Program-made: the position numbers and the translations under genes | NCBI GenBank assembly: GCA_964199315.1 | Contig: OZ116698.1 | Location: 43,772,001 to 43,836,000 of the forward strand | Direction of reading: 5' to 3' | Length of the DNA stretch: 64,000 nucleotides | From: Orbicella franksi | Taxonomy: Eukaryota | The notes under the pieces: generated by a model | What the model saw: the letters and a program-made list of their open reading frames with translations, nothing else | Told to the model about the DNA's origin: nothing | Database searches by the model: none | In this document: one piece after another, positions 11,032 to 22,080 of the stretch | Layout: each line of letters begins with the position of its first letter | Position numbering within the stretch: the stretch's first letter is position 1

Positions 11032-14000
11032 TTATACCTCAATGATCGCAGCCAGAAAATGAGTGTCAGCGCTAACCCATTTTCCAGGGCTGTCTTCTTC
11101 ATGAACAAACATGAGTGATTCTTCCTTTAAAGTCCAGGGTGAGCATACACCGGTTTTGCCATGACAAAAACTGTAGTACTTAGAGCTCTGTCGGATTCTT
11201 GTCACAACCATATAATGGTGTTCACCGAGATAACTTGTCTCTTTACTGACAATGACTGGGCAGCCCCTCTGAAGAAGGTTAATTATCAAGTCTGTCCAAG
11301 GGCCATTCTTCCCTTTATGATCTCCTCGGTGAATAACCTTGAGCTCTCGCCCCAGGAATGTCTTGATTCGCGTCATTTGAGCAGGAGAGGTTACTCCTCT
11401 ACCGTGAGGCGAACAATGTGATCCAAGCTTGTGAAAGATTCGGCGTGTCACGTTCTCCACCGATGTGTCCATTGTTAAAGGCAGATGTGTGGGCAAACCT
11501 ACAATATGACTTATTGATCTAAGAAAGAGAAGATTTACATTCAAATTCAATTAAATTGTAGTACTTTTCCAACACAAGATTCTCAGTTAAATAAAATAAT
11601 GAAAATTTTTACTGAGTAGCTCACAGAATAAGTCACAGCACGTAAGAAAATCCATAACAAGACAGAACATAACGCAGTTTCGCCAAAATTGACACATCAA
11701 AACTTGATTTAAAGCAAAGATGGCGGTGTAATTGACCAATGACTCGTTTGTAACCTGTTTTCTACCAATCACGCCAAAGGGTCATTCAGCTGCAATATCA
11801 ACTGTGAATTGTACTTCTCCCGAGCTAGCCATTGGCCTATTGCTTTACAAGGAGTTCTAATGTTCTTGATGACTTACCTCTGAGACAACACCGAGATAAC
11901 TTTAGTTTTAGTTTAACGACCACCACTCGAAATCCACCCTAAATTACGACAAATACTTACGGGTATCTTGATTTGGAAGTCCTCGCCGCCATGTTGTCAT
12001 AGTAACCGAGTATTTTTGTCCAGGCCACTGGACCCGAGCCCGACATGCATTGGCCGTTTTGGGGCTGGCGGTACCTTGGAAACAACTCTTCGTGAGGAAT
12101 CCTGAAATATTCGTCAGACAAAGCGCGCCGATTTCTGCTACTTCTGAGGATAATGCCGTAGTTAATGATCATATCTCGAGCCCCGCGGGTTCGCAGCTCT
12201 ACTTTGAAGCGTATTTCTCTTCCTTCAAGATGTTTTCGCACGAAACTCTCATCTGCATCGACTTTCACTTTGATGAAGCGATCACCCATCTTTGTCAGTT
12301 TGAAGAAACGTTTGCTAACCATTGTCATGTCCAGGTAACCTTCTCCTTCACAAACGCCACACAACACCCGGCAAAGTCGTTTCTGCCAATGTTTCTTCCA
12401 GTTCTTTGTCTTCTTCATGTCACCGTCCCGAAGCCCAACAAACTTGATACGGACTTCACGGAACCCTTGTCCGAGTGGAATCCGGACCGAGTCGCCCGGA
12501 CGGAGTCCCAATTCCGCCTTGAACCCATCTTCAGTCTCTTCCACTTGGAAATTAAATTCCGTTTCCAGGCTGGTTGGTTTTGCCGTTGGCTCAGTTGCTA
12601 ACGGCTTAGCTGGTGTTGTGAGTTGCGGTCTTACACCTTAAACAAATTGTGACAAGTATTTAGATTACAATAGGGTCCGAAGCATGCACGAGCGAAACAA
12701 AAAGAAAAACACCCTCGCATACGACTCAAAACGCACTATTAGAAGATGACGATGAATTCACCAATACAATGTCTGTTACTGCAATAAACGTTTTAACAAT
12801 CAAGTAAACACTCAAGTTGCGTTCATCACAGTCAGAAAGAAGCCTTTTGATAACGAAACCCAAGTCTTAGCTCTCATGTTATATAGCCTGCAAGCACGTT
12901 TAATATTGTTCCCGGAGTCCTAAAACCCATTAGGGACCCTTATACACGTCATTTACCTGTCTTCATCGACAGCCACTGGAACCTATTCCACTCTGGCATC
13001 TTTTGAACTCGTTCAGCCAACTCGTCCCATTCTTTTTTCAAGCCCGGTAAAGCACGGGTAACTTGTTCGTCCAAATTCCTCCAGTTAATATTCTGTGTGA
13101 TAGATCATCACACTAGTTACCAACAATCTTTATTACATGGTAAGATTAATATATAGTCACCCCTAACACCTTTTTATCTTGTCATTGGCAAGCAGACGGG
13201 TGACGTAAACACAGAAAATAATTAACCAAGAGATATGGTCTTGATTATGTATTACCAAATTTTCAGAATTAACAACAAAAGCAGTGAGAATTAATATTTC
13301 ACGCTGAAGACGAGACTTGCCACTGATTAGTTGGCTAGTAGTCATCACAGTCCGACTTTGGGTTGAATAGAATAGAGTGAAATAGAATAGAGTGAAATAG
13401 TATTGTATGCCTTTCAAATAGATTTGAATCTGGACAAATTTGTTGTTATTCCCTTCTTCTCACAAGAAATTCAGGAAGTAGCTAAGGGCGACATGGCATT
13501 AACAGTGACAATACAGGAAGGTCAAACGGAATAACGAAAAGAGCGCTGTCCCGTCTGCTATTAGAACAGGATTGGGGGATAAAATTGGCGTGACAATAAG
13601 AGGCTTCGCTTCTCAAACTACGAAAAGGGACAGCTCATGCCGAGACTTCTACGTGAAATTCAGCACGAAAATTCAACCCTTTTCATAGCGGATTTTATGA
13701 TTAAGTTAGTCCTAATCCGCAGTACAGCGATCCTTTATTCTAAAGAGACGATGTCGTTATAAGCAGCAGCTTATCAGGTTATTTTTGGATCGTGCTTCTT
13801 CAGAGTCCATATGTTTATATGTTGATCTTTTATATTATGCTTGTAGATCTTAGTTGATCGGTTCTGACCTGTGCTGTCTTGTTCACTAATCCACTGGATA
13901 ATCCGCCAAGTATGGCTTAACTGCCATTATTCTAATTAATCCGCCCACGCGTGTCTCACCTCATTGCTTTGATCTCTCAGTAAGTTTAGTTGGCATGGTT

Positions 14001-17000
14001 AGTATAAACCAGTAAAAAAATGACCATTTAAGTCTACCTTGGAAATCTTGCAGGCCCGAATGAGGGTTATATAGTTTTGGTTGAATTTATCAGTTCTCTT
14101 AACAATAACAATTTCATGTCAACTTTCATGAAAGCTATCAAACAACATACATAATCATGTACATGTAAGATGTTGTCCGGATGAACTGACAAATTCTCGT
14201 AACTAGAAACTCACTAAACTTATGGCAGTCAGTAGAAGGTTTCCGATTTAAGCTTTTCAAACACGATTTTTTTTTTTGAAACTGCCATGTTTAATTATTA
14301 AAAACACCCTTAATAGAGATACACACCCAAGAATCAGTATCAACACTCCTTGTCGCTGCAACTATTCTGTTCACATCAGTGTCTTCACATGCCATAAGCC
14401 CATCAGGTCGCAGTCGATACACTTTGTGACAGCCATAACCATTCTGATTGGCTTGTGCAGTAAGCACATCTGAGGGGCTTGGTAAAGCTCCTTCTTCAAC
14501 AAGACGGTGGTCACCAGTTTGCCTCGCTGTATGAAAACATAACTTTTAGTAAAACGAACATACAGTTACATGTCCAGTCGTTTGCTCTCTCCTTACTTCA
14601 CTGGTAATTCATTTTACAATGCAGGAACCCAAGTTACATTGGAAAGATTTCTCAGTGAAAGCATGCAATTACTAATCTACAAAACGCACATGTCCACTGT
14701 TCATGTACATTGTAAGATATTCACTTCTGGGATCATTTTTTTTTAATCTATCTATTTTGAAAGGTACATCTGCCAGGATCAGAAACAGCTTTTGGGTATG
14801 TTTTTTGCACATCAATCATGATTTTCATAGTCTGTGCACAGAAGTTTAATTTTGAGCACGTGAGGGATGCAAGGGCACGAGATTGACACCCCCTTGTATT
14901 CAGGCTTTTTAAAATTCCCTGCAGTTAATGCTTTCATGTGATCTCAACAGACACAGGGTAATACATGTGCATGTGATAAGAAATCCAAACAGATATCACA
15001 CTAGTAAAATTTACTGCACAGTAAATTTTGTGAAGTTGGTCCAAATTCAAGTGTAGCTGTTGCAGGTTAACTTTACCCTTGGTGCAAATTGGTATTTTCC
15101 CTTGTTTTTGTGTAATGGTAACACATAATTATTTACTATATGGCTAACTCCATGAGCTGGCAAGATGACCCATATCCTGCACTGTGATGGCTACCCGAAT
15201 AGGTAAGATGGCGCTTTCTTGCCCACTCAATCACACGTGCGTGTACCTGCTGTGGGCCGCAATAAAATTTTGTTCTTTTCCATATAATAAATCCTTTACT
15301 GACCAAGCTTGTTTAATCAAGATGGCTGGATATTGGGTGCTTATGGACCTCAACTACTTCTTGGTCCATAAACATGCAAAAATCCAGCCATCTTCAGTTG
15401 ACTGAACAAGCTTGGTCAATAACCCAAATTTATATGAAACAAAGGAAGATACAAAATTGTGCCAATGGTGCTAAGGGCTGTCATTAAGGGTCCTAACATG
15501 TAACATCTGTACTTATGCTTGATTTTTCCTTGATGCTATGGGAGAAATTGCTTGTTGTTGATACAATTCACCCACCGAGTAACAAGTTTGCTATGGGTGT
15601 GGAGAACAAGGCTACTTGTGACTCAAAACTTAATGACAGCCCTGGTACCTGCTGAACCACAACATAGCCAACCCTTGCCTTGGGCTGTGTACCACCCATA
15701 TATCTAAATTGGAGGTCAAAAATATCAGATTTTGAACACCTGGCTTCATTAGTGTATCTAAGTGTAATTTTCTGCCAAAATTATCTGAAATGTATCTGAA
15801 ATAAACTTAGGCAAATCAACACTCCTGTCTGAATGCAAAAAAGATTTCCATGTACATCTCCAGTAGGACAATTTCTACACTCAGATTACAAAGATGATTT
15901 GTTTGGGAAAGCCTCTGATGGTGGAGAACACAACATAAGAGACCTCCACCAGAAGAGTCCAGTGAGCCAATAATTATGTCACCATATCCTGTACAGGTGC
16001 ATTCACAGGTTATACATACATAGTAACCAGACCTAAATCAACCATATACACTGTACATGTACTTACCAGCTGAAATGATAACATATTTTTCACCACTTTT
16101 GCCATTCAGTTTAGCTTCCCAATAAGCAACATACTTGTCTGGTAGATCCTTTCTAAAGATAGGCCTCAAACCCATTATGTCATCCTGACTTATAGCGTCT
16201 GATAGGGTGTAAATTTCCTCCTGTGCCTCCCATGATACATTGTTATTGTGCCATGATGTATTAGATAAAGTTGGAGGATGAGTAACCAAGATATAATCAT
16301 CACCATAGTTCCAGCCCTTGTTTCTGTTTTTGTTACTGAAAGGTGGAAAATGTGAGTTGTCGTTATGAAACAAGGAGGCAATTGTTAGGTTAAAACGTGT
16401 GAGTGAGACAAATTTTATGACTTTGTGCACTTAACAATCTACAAAATTAATGTTTAAGATGCACCAGTTACATACCACTCATAATTTTAGGAAAACAGGA
16501 TTTTTCGGGTAAACAATTCTTGCCAGATTATACAAGTATAAAGGACAATAAGTACTATAAATAGGACCTGTGTTATTTTATGCTATTGCCAACATCAAAA
16601 ACTGAGCATGAAGAAGTTTGGGGAAGGGAATCCCTTGATCGAAACAGTCCCACCACAAAAGAACATGCAATGTGGAGTATGGAAATATGGAATGTACCCT
16701 TCATTCAGATGTTACTTTCTGGCTATTTAGTCACTGCTGTAAGTTCATCCATGTTTGTTTTTTGATGAACTTATGACAAATGTTCTGGAGGGTATATTGT
16801 AGCCTCCACACAGGTGTATTAACTAACTAACTGACCATCAGTAAGCTATTCTTGACTACTGACCTTTGTGCAACCTGACTTTTGATTATAGGTAATTTGC
16901 ATCTGGCTTAAACATTACAAAAAAAATTACAAAATTTGTGTATTTATGAAATCATTTTAAAACACTCTATTTGTAACAACTCAAGTAATTCTTCAAAAGT

Positions 17001-20000
17001 TGCTGTTTTATAAATGTCAAATACACCTTTTTGCAATGACAACTTTCATACTTTCAAAACAGTATTTAGGAACACTCAAAATGCATTGTCATCTGACATG
17101 GTGCCCAAAACATTGCTTCTTCTCTAATAGCTGTTCTGTTACTGCGATGATCATTCTTCCCTTTCATCTACAACTGCAGTTCATATATGAATTATTTCAT
17201 ATATACTTCACATCATTTCACTCCTCACGGGAAGATATGAACTCAATTAATTGACCTCGCTCCCAATGTGTGGCTTCATAGCTCAGTTGGTAGAGCATCG
17301 CACCGGTATCGCAGAGGTCACGGGTTCAAATCCCGTTGAAGCCTTGATTTTTTTCAGGCTTCTTCTTTCCAATTGCTTAAATTGGAAAATTTACTACGAT
17401 GATCATTCTTCACTTTCAAATTCACCAGTGCTAAACAACTCATGTAAACAACTTTACCTCCACTACCTCTCCACAGATTTCTAAGTTAAATGCACTATTT
17501 GAAAGCTCCGGAAATTTAGATTCCGCAGTTCATAATGATTTAGAAGCCATGGTATGTTAAACAGCCTTTACCGGTACATATGTTGTTACCCATTATCTTT
17601 TATATTTGTATTTCATCTCATTTCTGAGTTCTATTTAGACATGGCTTTTTGTCAGATCTGTGACTACACTTGACTGGACCGGAAGTGCTTTTAAATTTGT
17701 GAGCATGCACTCCATCGAAGCGCAGCCTGGAGCCATGAAAACATATGTATTCTCTGGCTAAAATATATAATTTATGTTGTAATACCGAGCCAAAAAAACG
17801 AAAATAGAAAAAATACAGAATATCAGTCGGCTCACCAGTAACCAACGTTGAAATTGCCTGGTATTGTTTATGAAAGATTTGCGCCGGCACAAAAATTGCC
17901 CGGGGAAATTGCAGTCAAAGGCCTCCGTCCATCATCTCGTGTTTCCTCGCACATATCCACGCCAGGAACCACGCAGGCTGGTCCACTCAGCTGTAGTCAC
18001 AGACTAGACGAAAGCTATTGATAAGTTTCACCCCTTGTCTCTTTTCTCTTTTAATGCGCAGCTGTTATGAAACCTGAGAATCTTTCCCCTCGATGAGAGT
18101 TAATAGTTAACGACGATAATAGAAACTTGAGATGTAATCGGAGTGTCATAATTACAAAGTGGCAGGAGAGATAATATTCGGAAATATAAACCGCTTTTGC
18201 TTCATTTAAATCCCTTTTGAACGACTCAAAAAGACACCATAACACAGGTAAACAGCACATTTATTTTTACTGCTGATATAGTGTTTGGGTCCCCTGTCCC
18301 TTTTGTTGTTATAACCACTGTTGTTACAAAGGTAGTCAGCAGTGACAGACAAAACAGAAAAATGCTCATTGTAGGCTACATGTGGCAGGGTAGCTGTCCA
18401 GAAATAGAATTTTATCAGCAACAAGTTCAATTTAATCCTATACAGTTAAAACTATTAAACCAGGCTGCAAAAAAATTAAAAGGACTGAACTTTTAGAAAT
18501 GCTTTGGTCATGATCAGGCATAGGTTTGATGCATATTTAAATTTTCTTAAACATGTTGGTCTCTTTAAGTGACCTTTGTGAGTTAGACTGAACATTTGTT
18601 TGGGCAAAAATAAAGTGAATGAGCCAGCCACACAAGGTTCCCCTATAATTTCTTTCAGCACTATTGTTTATCATCTACATAGACCTGCTTTAATTCTTTC
18701 AGATCTCTTTCATTGAATCCTTTGATCTCCCAGCTTTTTCATATCAAAAGACAGGGGATATAGATCTAGATGTGTCTGACCATTCAGAGATCCCACAAGA
18801 TTAACTCAGGTCAAGGGGTTGATCAATTTATAGATAATATTAATCCCTAATAAAACTCAGTCAAACCATTCTTGACAGGTTCTCATGGCTCTTCCTCAAG
18901 ACAGAGTGTTGATTTCATTTTGTGGGAAATCAAAACCCAACTCATCTTACAATACATGAAACTTAATCTTCAAAGGAAAATTGCTTAAGTTTATGTTTTT
19001 ATCCTGTTTGGGCTTAATTGGAAACGTAAATAACATACTTAAAAAGGTATGCTGAGTATTTCCCATAGTTTGACTTATAGTTTTTGATAGAGGGAAAAAA
19101 TCTTTCAGAGTGCACTTTAAAAATGCCAAACTGTAATCTGGCTTAAAAAGATTTCAATCAAAGAAACGGGCTTCATGGAAAATCCAGTTACAAAATCTCA
19201 TTGGATTTTATGGTTATTATTGAACTGAAAAACTTGTGGGATGGGTTTGATTATACTAAAACCTTAATCTGACTAGGTTGTGCATGTAAGGTGCATTGAA
19301 GCCATTTGACCAACTTCTGGAATTCTAACCCAATATCCGTAAAAACCCGCAAAGTGAAATCCACTTATATAATTAAGATTAAAGCTCTTTTAGGAGGCCG
19401 AAAGCTTTATATGCACGTGTAAATCACCGCTTCTAATTCCACTTCTTTGGTGGCATGGGCTTTTAAAGACAAAAATTTACAACAAAAAGATGCGTTTCTT
19501 ATTGAGACTGAAAAGCCGTTCAAGACAACGCACAAAAAAGTTCATTAGGAAGCTTCTTCCGATGTTAATGACAGAGTTGAACACCCAGAACAAATTTTGG
19601 CGCCGAGTGATTAAAGTGGTTTAAGTCAATCCAGGTTGTAAGTGTCGAGGTCAATTAAGAAACCTTCTAACTAAGAATTGTACTCAGCCGGGTTGTTTCG
19701 AAATTTGCACGGCTTTTACTTGTGCACTCACAATGTTCATTACAATAACAACAGGTCTATTGTCACCGTCAACAGTGAAAGGGCTTGAGCAATTTGTAGG
19801 TTAATTTCGTAGTCAATAAGAGTAATTAGGCAAGCATCAAAGCGACCATTCATTGGTTCAGTGTCGATGAAAATTGCAGGGTTCCATCAGATACCGTGAA
19901 GTGGCGAAGACGCAAACAGCGATCTCCGCAGCGCCGACAAATTAAATTTACCTTTTATCTTTACGACGATTTCTTCCGGAAAATAAAGCATGGGGTTTTA

Positions 20001-20515
20001 CCGTGCAATTATGAGCTTGGAATGCCTAAGCGGTGTCTTTGTGTTGGTCGCCTCCAATGACACACAAGAAAGCCAACGAACAAACGAAAGCTGTGGTAAC
20101 TTTAAAACCAGTCCGAATAAGTTCATTACATGGATCGAAATAAAGCAAACATAGATGGTAGAATAGTCCAAGGATACTTCATTAAAACACTCACTGACTT
20201 CAGCGTAAAACTAGGCTCTCATGCCATTTACGTCGTACGACATGTTTACAGAACCGCTTACTAAAGAATGAACACTCACCTATTTGATTTTTCGATTGCG
20301 TAGACGACTAGAAATCCCACTAACAACACCAGAATCAGAAGGCAAATGAAAACACACGTACGAGGAGATCTTCTTCGTCTTTCGCCTTTGCATTCCACCA
20401 CAACTTCTTCTGTATTTTCGACCGTCGTTTCGTCCTCCATGTTGTCTGGACAGAGTTGCGTCGTTTCCCCGTTCGGTGGTTTCTCCACAGTGGATTTTGC
20501 GACTGCCTTTACCAT
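11032..20515 (-). CDS. Type II membrane protein with bacterial-type prodomain and C10/C39-like papain-fold peptidase-like domain (catalytic Cys replaced by Ser), 667 aa
   Basis: Exons are 20515-20280, 16335-16067, 14526-14327, 13092-12957, 12636-11961 and 11518-11032. All introns are GT-AG with matching phases (2,1,0,1,2), and the total of 2004 nt is open. The N-terminus has RRRRSPRT followed by a hydrophobic CVFICLLILVLLVGFLVVYAI segment. Later motifs include RPIFRKDLPDKYVAYWEAK, YVIISA, CMSGSGPVAWTKILGYYD, PVIV...HHYMVVT and GKWVSADTHFLAAI. Confidence 0.85.
15140..15430. mobile_element. Degenerate interspersed repeat (non-autonomous DNA-element-like)
   Basis: Repeated internal motifs gcaagatg/gtaagatgg/caagatggc and gaccaag...cttggtc are present. 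It resembles a common coral interspersed repeat recalled from memory and was not checked against a database. Boundaries are approximate. Confidence 0.4.
17139..17418 (+). mobile_element. tRNA-derived SINE-like unit bounded by ~26-bp direct repeats
   Basis: Direct repeats actgcgatgatcattcttccctttca (17141-17166) and actacgatgatcattcttcactttca (17393-17418) enclose a tRNA-like cloverleaf carrying A and B boxes. It lies in intron 1 of the C10/C39-like gene, in antisense orientation. Confidence 0.7.
17272..17343 (+). pseudogene. tRNA-like sequence (Thr-GGT-like), probably a SINE component rather than a functional tRNA
   Basis: The acceptor stem ggcttca/tgaagcc, D stem gctc/gagc and T stem acggg-ttcaaat-cccgt all pair perfectly. 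The anticodon stem (tcgca/cgcag) pairs poorly around ccggtat. Confidence 0.6.
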
Positions 20516-21484
20516 TTTAACTCCAGATCAGCTGTGAACGAACCAAAATATGGAAACCTCACACTCTGTGGATATTTCAGCAATAATGAGCACGTTCGGC
20601 CGCGCTACATATTTGTAAACCAGTGCGATATTTGATCTCTGCCTCTTAATCATGGATGTGTGAGATTGACAAGCCAATCATCAACTATCCGCAGCCGGAA
20701 CCGGAAATTGAAAAATAACAAAGTTCGATATTCCGCGCTCACCAGGGCTACTCACGCAGCAAATTATAAGAAAAGAGCGAGGAATAAATACTTTAGAAAG
20801 TAATATATTCAATACAAAGGTATTTTATGGGATAACTACTTTTATATACGAGGGAGCAGTCAAATAGTAAGTACAAAGTCACGTGCGGGAGTATGTAATC
20901 GGGCATATTTAATTAGTGGGAGCACCCTGGACAGTAAGAAAAATACTCAAGTCTAATTTAAAATGATATAAACAACAATACCAAAAATAAACCGTATAAT
21001 TCCATTTAAGTAAGATCAGACAGAAAAAAACGCTATCGTTTATTTCCTTGATTTTATCAGTCTTTCTGCGTGAGAAAGGAAATATTTAAACTAAATTAAA
21101 TGCATCTTTTCTTAATTCTTAACAATTAAATTGGAAAATGATGTGCCATTCGGTTTAAAGTATACTACGTTTGCGTGCAAATCCAAATAATTTTTTTGAT
21201 CCATATAATATAGCAAGCTTCCGCTGATTAGTGATAAAAAATTATAGTCATCATTTGAAGCATAAACCCGTAGACTGCTATTTTTAATGAAATAAGCTGG
21301 CTGAAGTGGAGAAAAAAGAAAACAGGAAACCAACTCTAGAACGTTGGCAGACAGCAAAGAATATAAAAACCACATTGTCAGAAGAAGGTTAAAATATGTT
21401 TTTAAAATCAAAACTATTTAAATCAAGATTTTTTTCAGGTTTGGATACCCCACAAAGCCCTTTGGTAAAAATGATCAATATTGC

Positions 21485-21485
<1 letters not shown>

Positions 21486-21580
<95 letters not shown>

Positions 21581-22080
21581 CCTTTATTTAACCAGGGTAG
21601 CCCATTCAGCAACGAGGCTGGTATCCATAGGGGCCCTGGGGAATAAAGATGCAGTGACTTAGTCTGAATGAAAGAGAAACTGATGAAAAATGGAAAACAA
21701 AACAAACAACAACGATGACAACACAGCCGCTCACAGAAAGGGAAAATAGATCTCTTCTTATCTGATTCAGTTATAATCCTTCAATTGTCTGAGGGCGGTC
21801 AAAACAATAAGTTTTCAGTAACTAGTATCGGAGTGACCCAAAACTATACCTTAGGTCTCGCTAATGTCAACAAGACTTTAGAACTAGAAATCAGTAAAAG
21901 CTGTAGGCATTAAGATGTTTTGCTGATAGTTTCACATTGCAATTAAAATAGGAGTCTTCGGATTATCAATGAATTTTGGATTATATCAGATGCATTCTAC
22001 ACCCTAACTGTTGAAATTCTCAGTCTTCATTTTAGTCATATCAAACTTTGCCAAGCCAAGGCTTGGTTGTGTACGCCAAA
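21486..22080 (-). mobile_element. Degraded L2/CR1-type LINE 3' end with (TTAC)n microsatellite tail
   Basis: About 24 perfect GTAA units lie at 21486-21580. They directly abut the minus-strand tail ...gggctaccctggttaaataaaggtacttac, a typical L2/CR1 3' terminus. A decayed QALAWQSL motif lies near 22050-22075. The 5' boundary is uncertain. Confidence 0.55.

Noticed and set aside
12050-12601. 183-aa plus-strand ORF
   Set aside because: It is an antisense shadow of exon 5 of the C10/C39-like gene, with no motifs or splice support of its own.
21486-21580. Regular short repeats as a CRISPR-like array
   Set aside because: This is a pure (GTAA)n microsatellite with no spacers, in eukaryotic context. 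No CRISPR array is present in the window.
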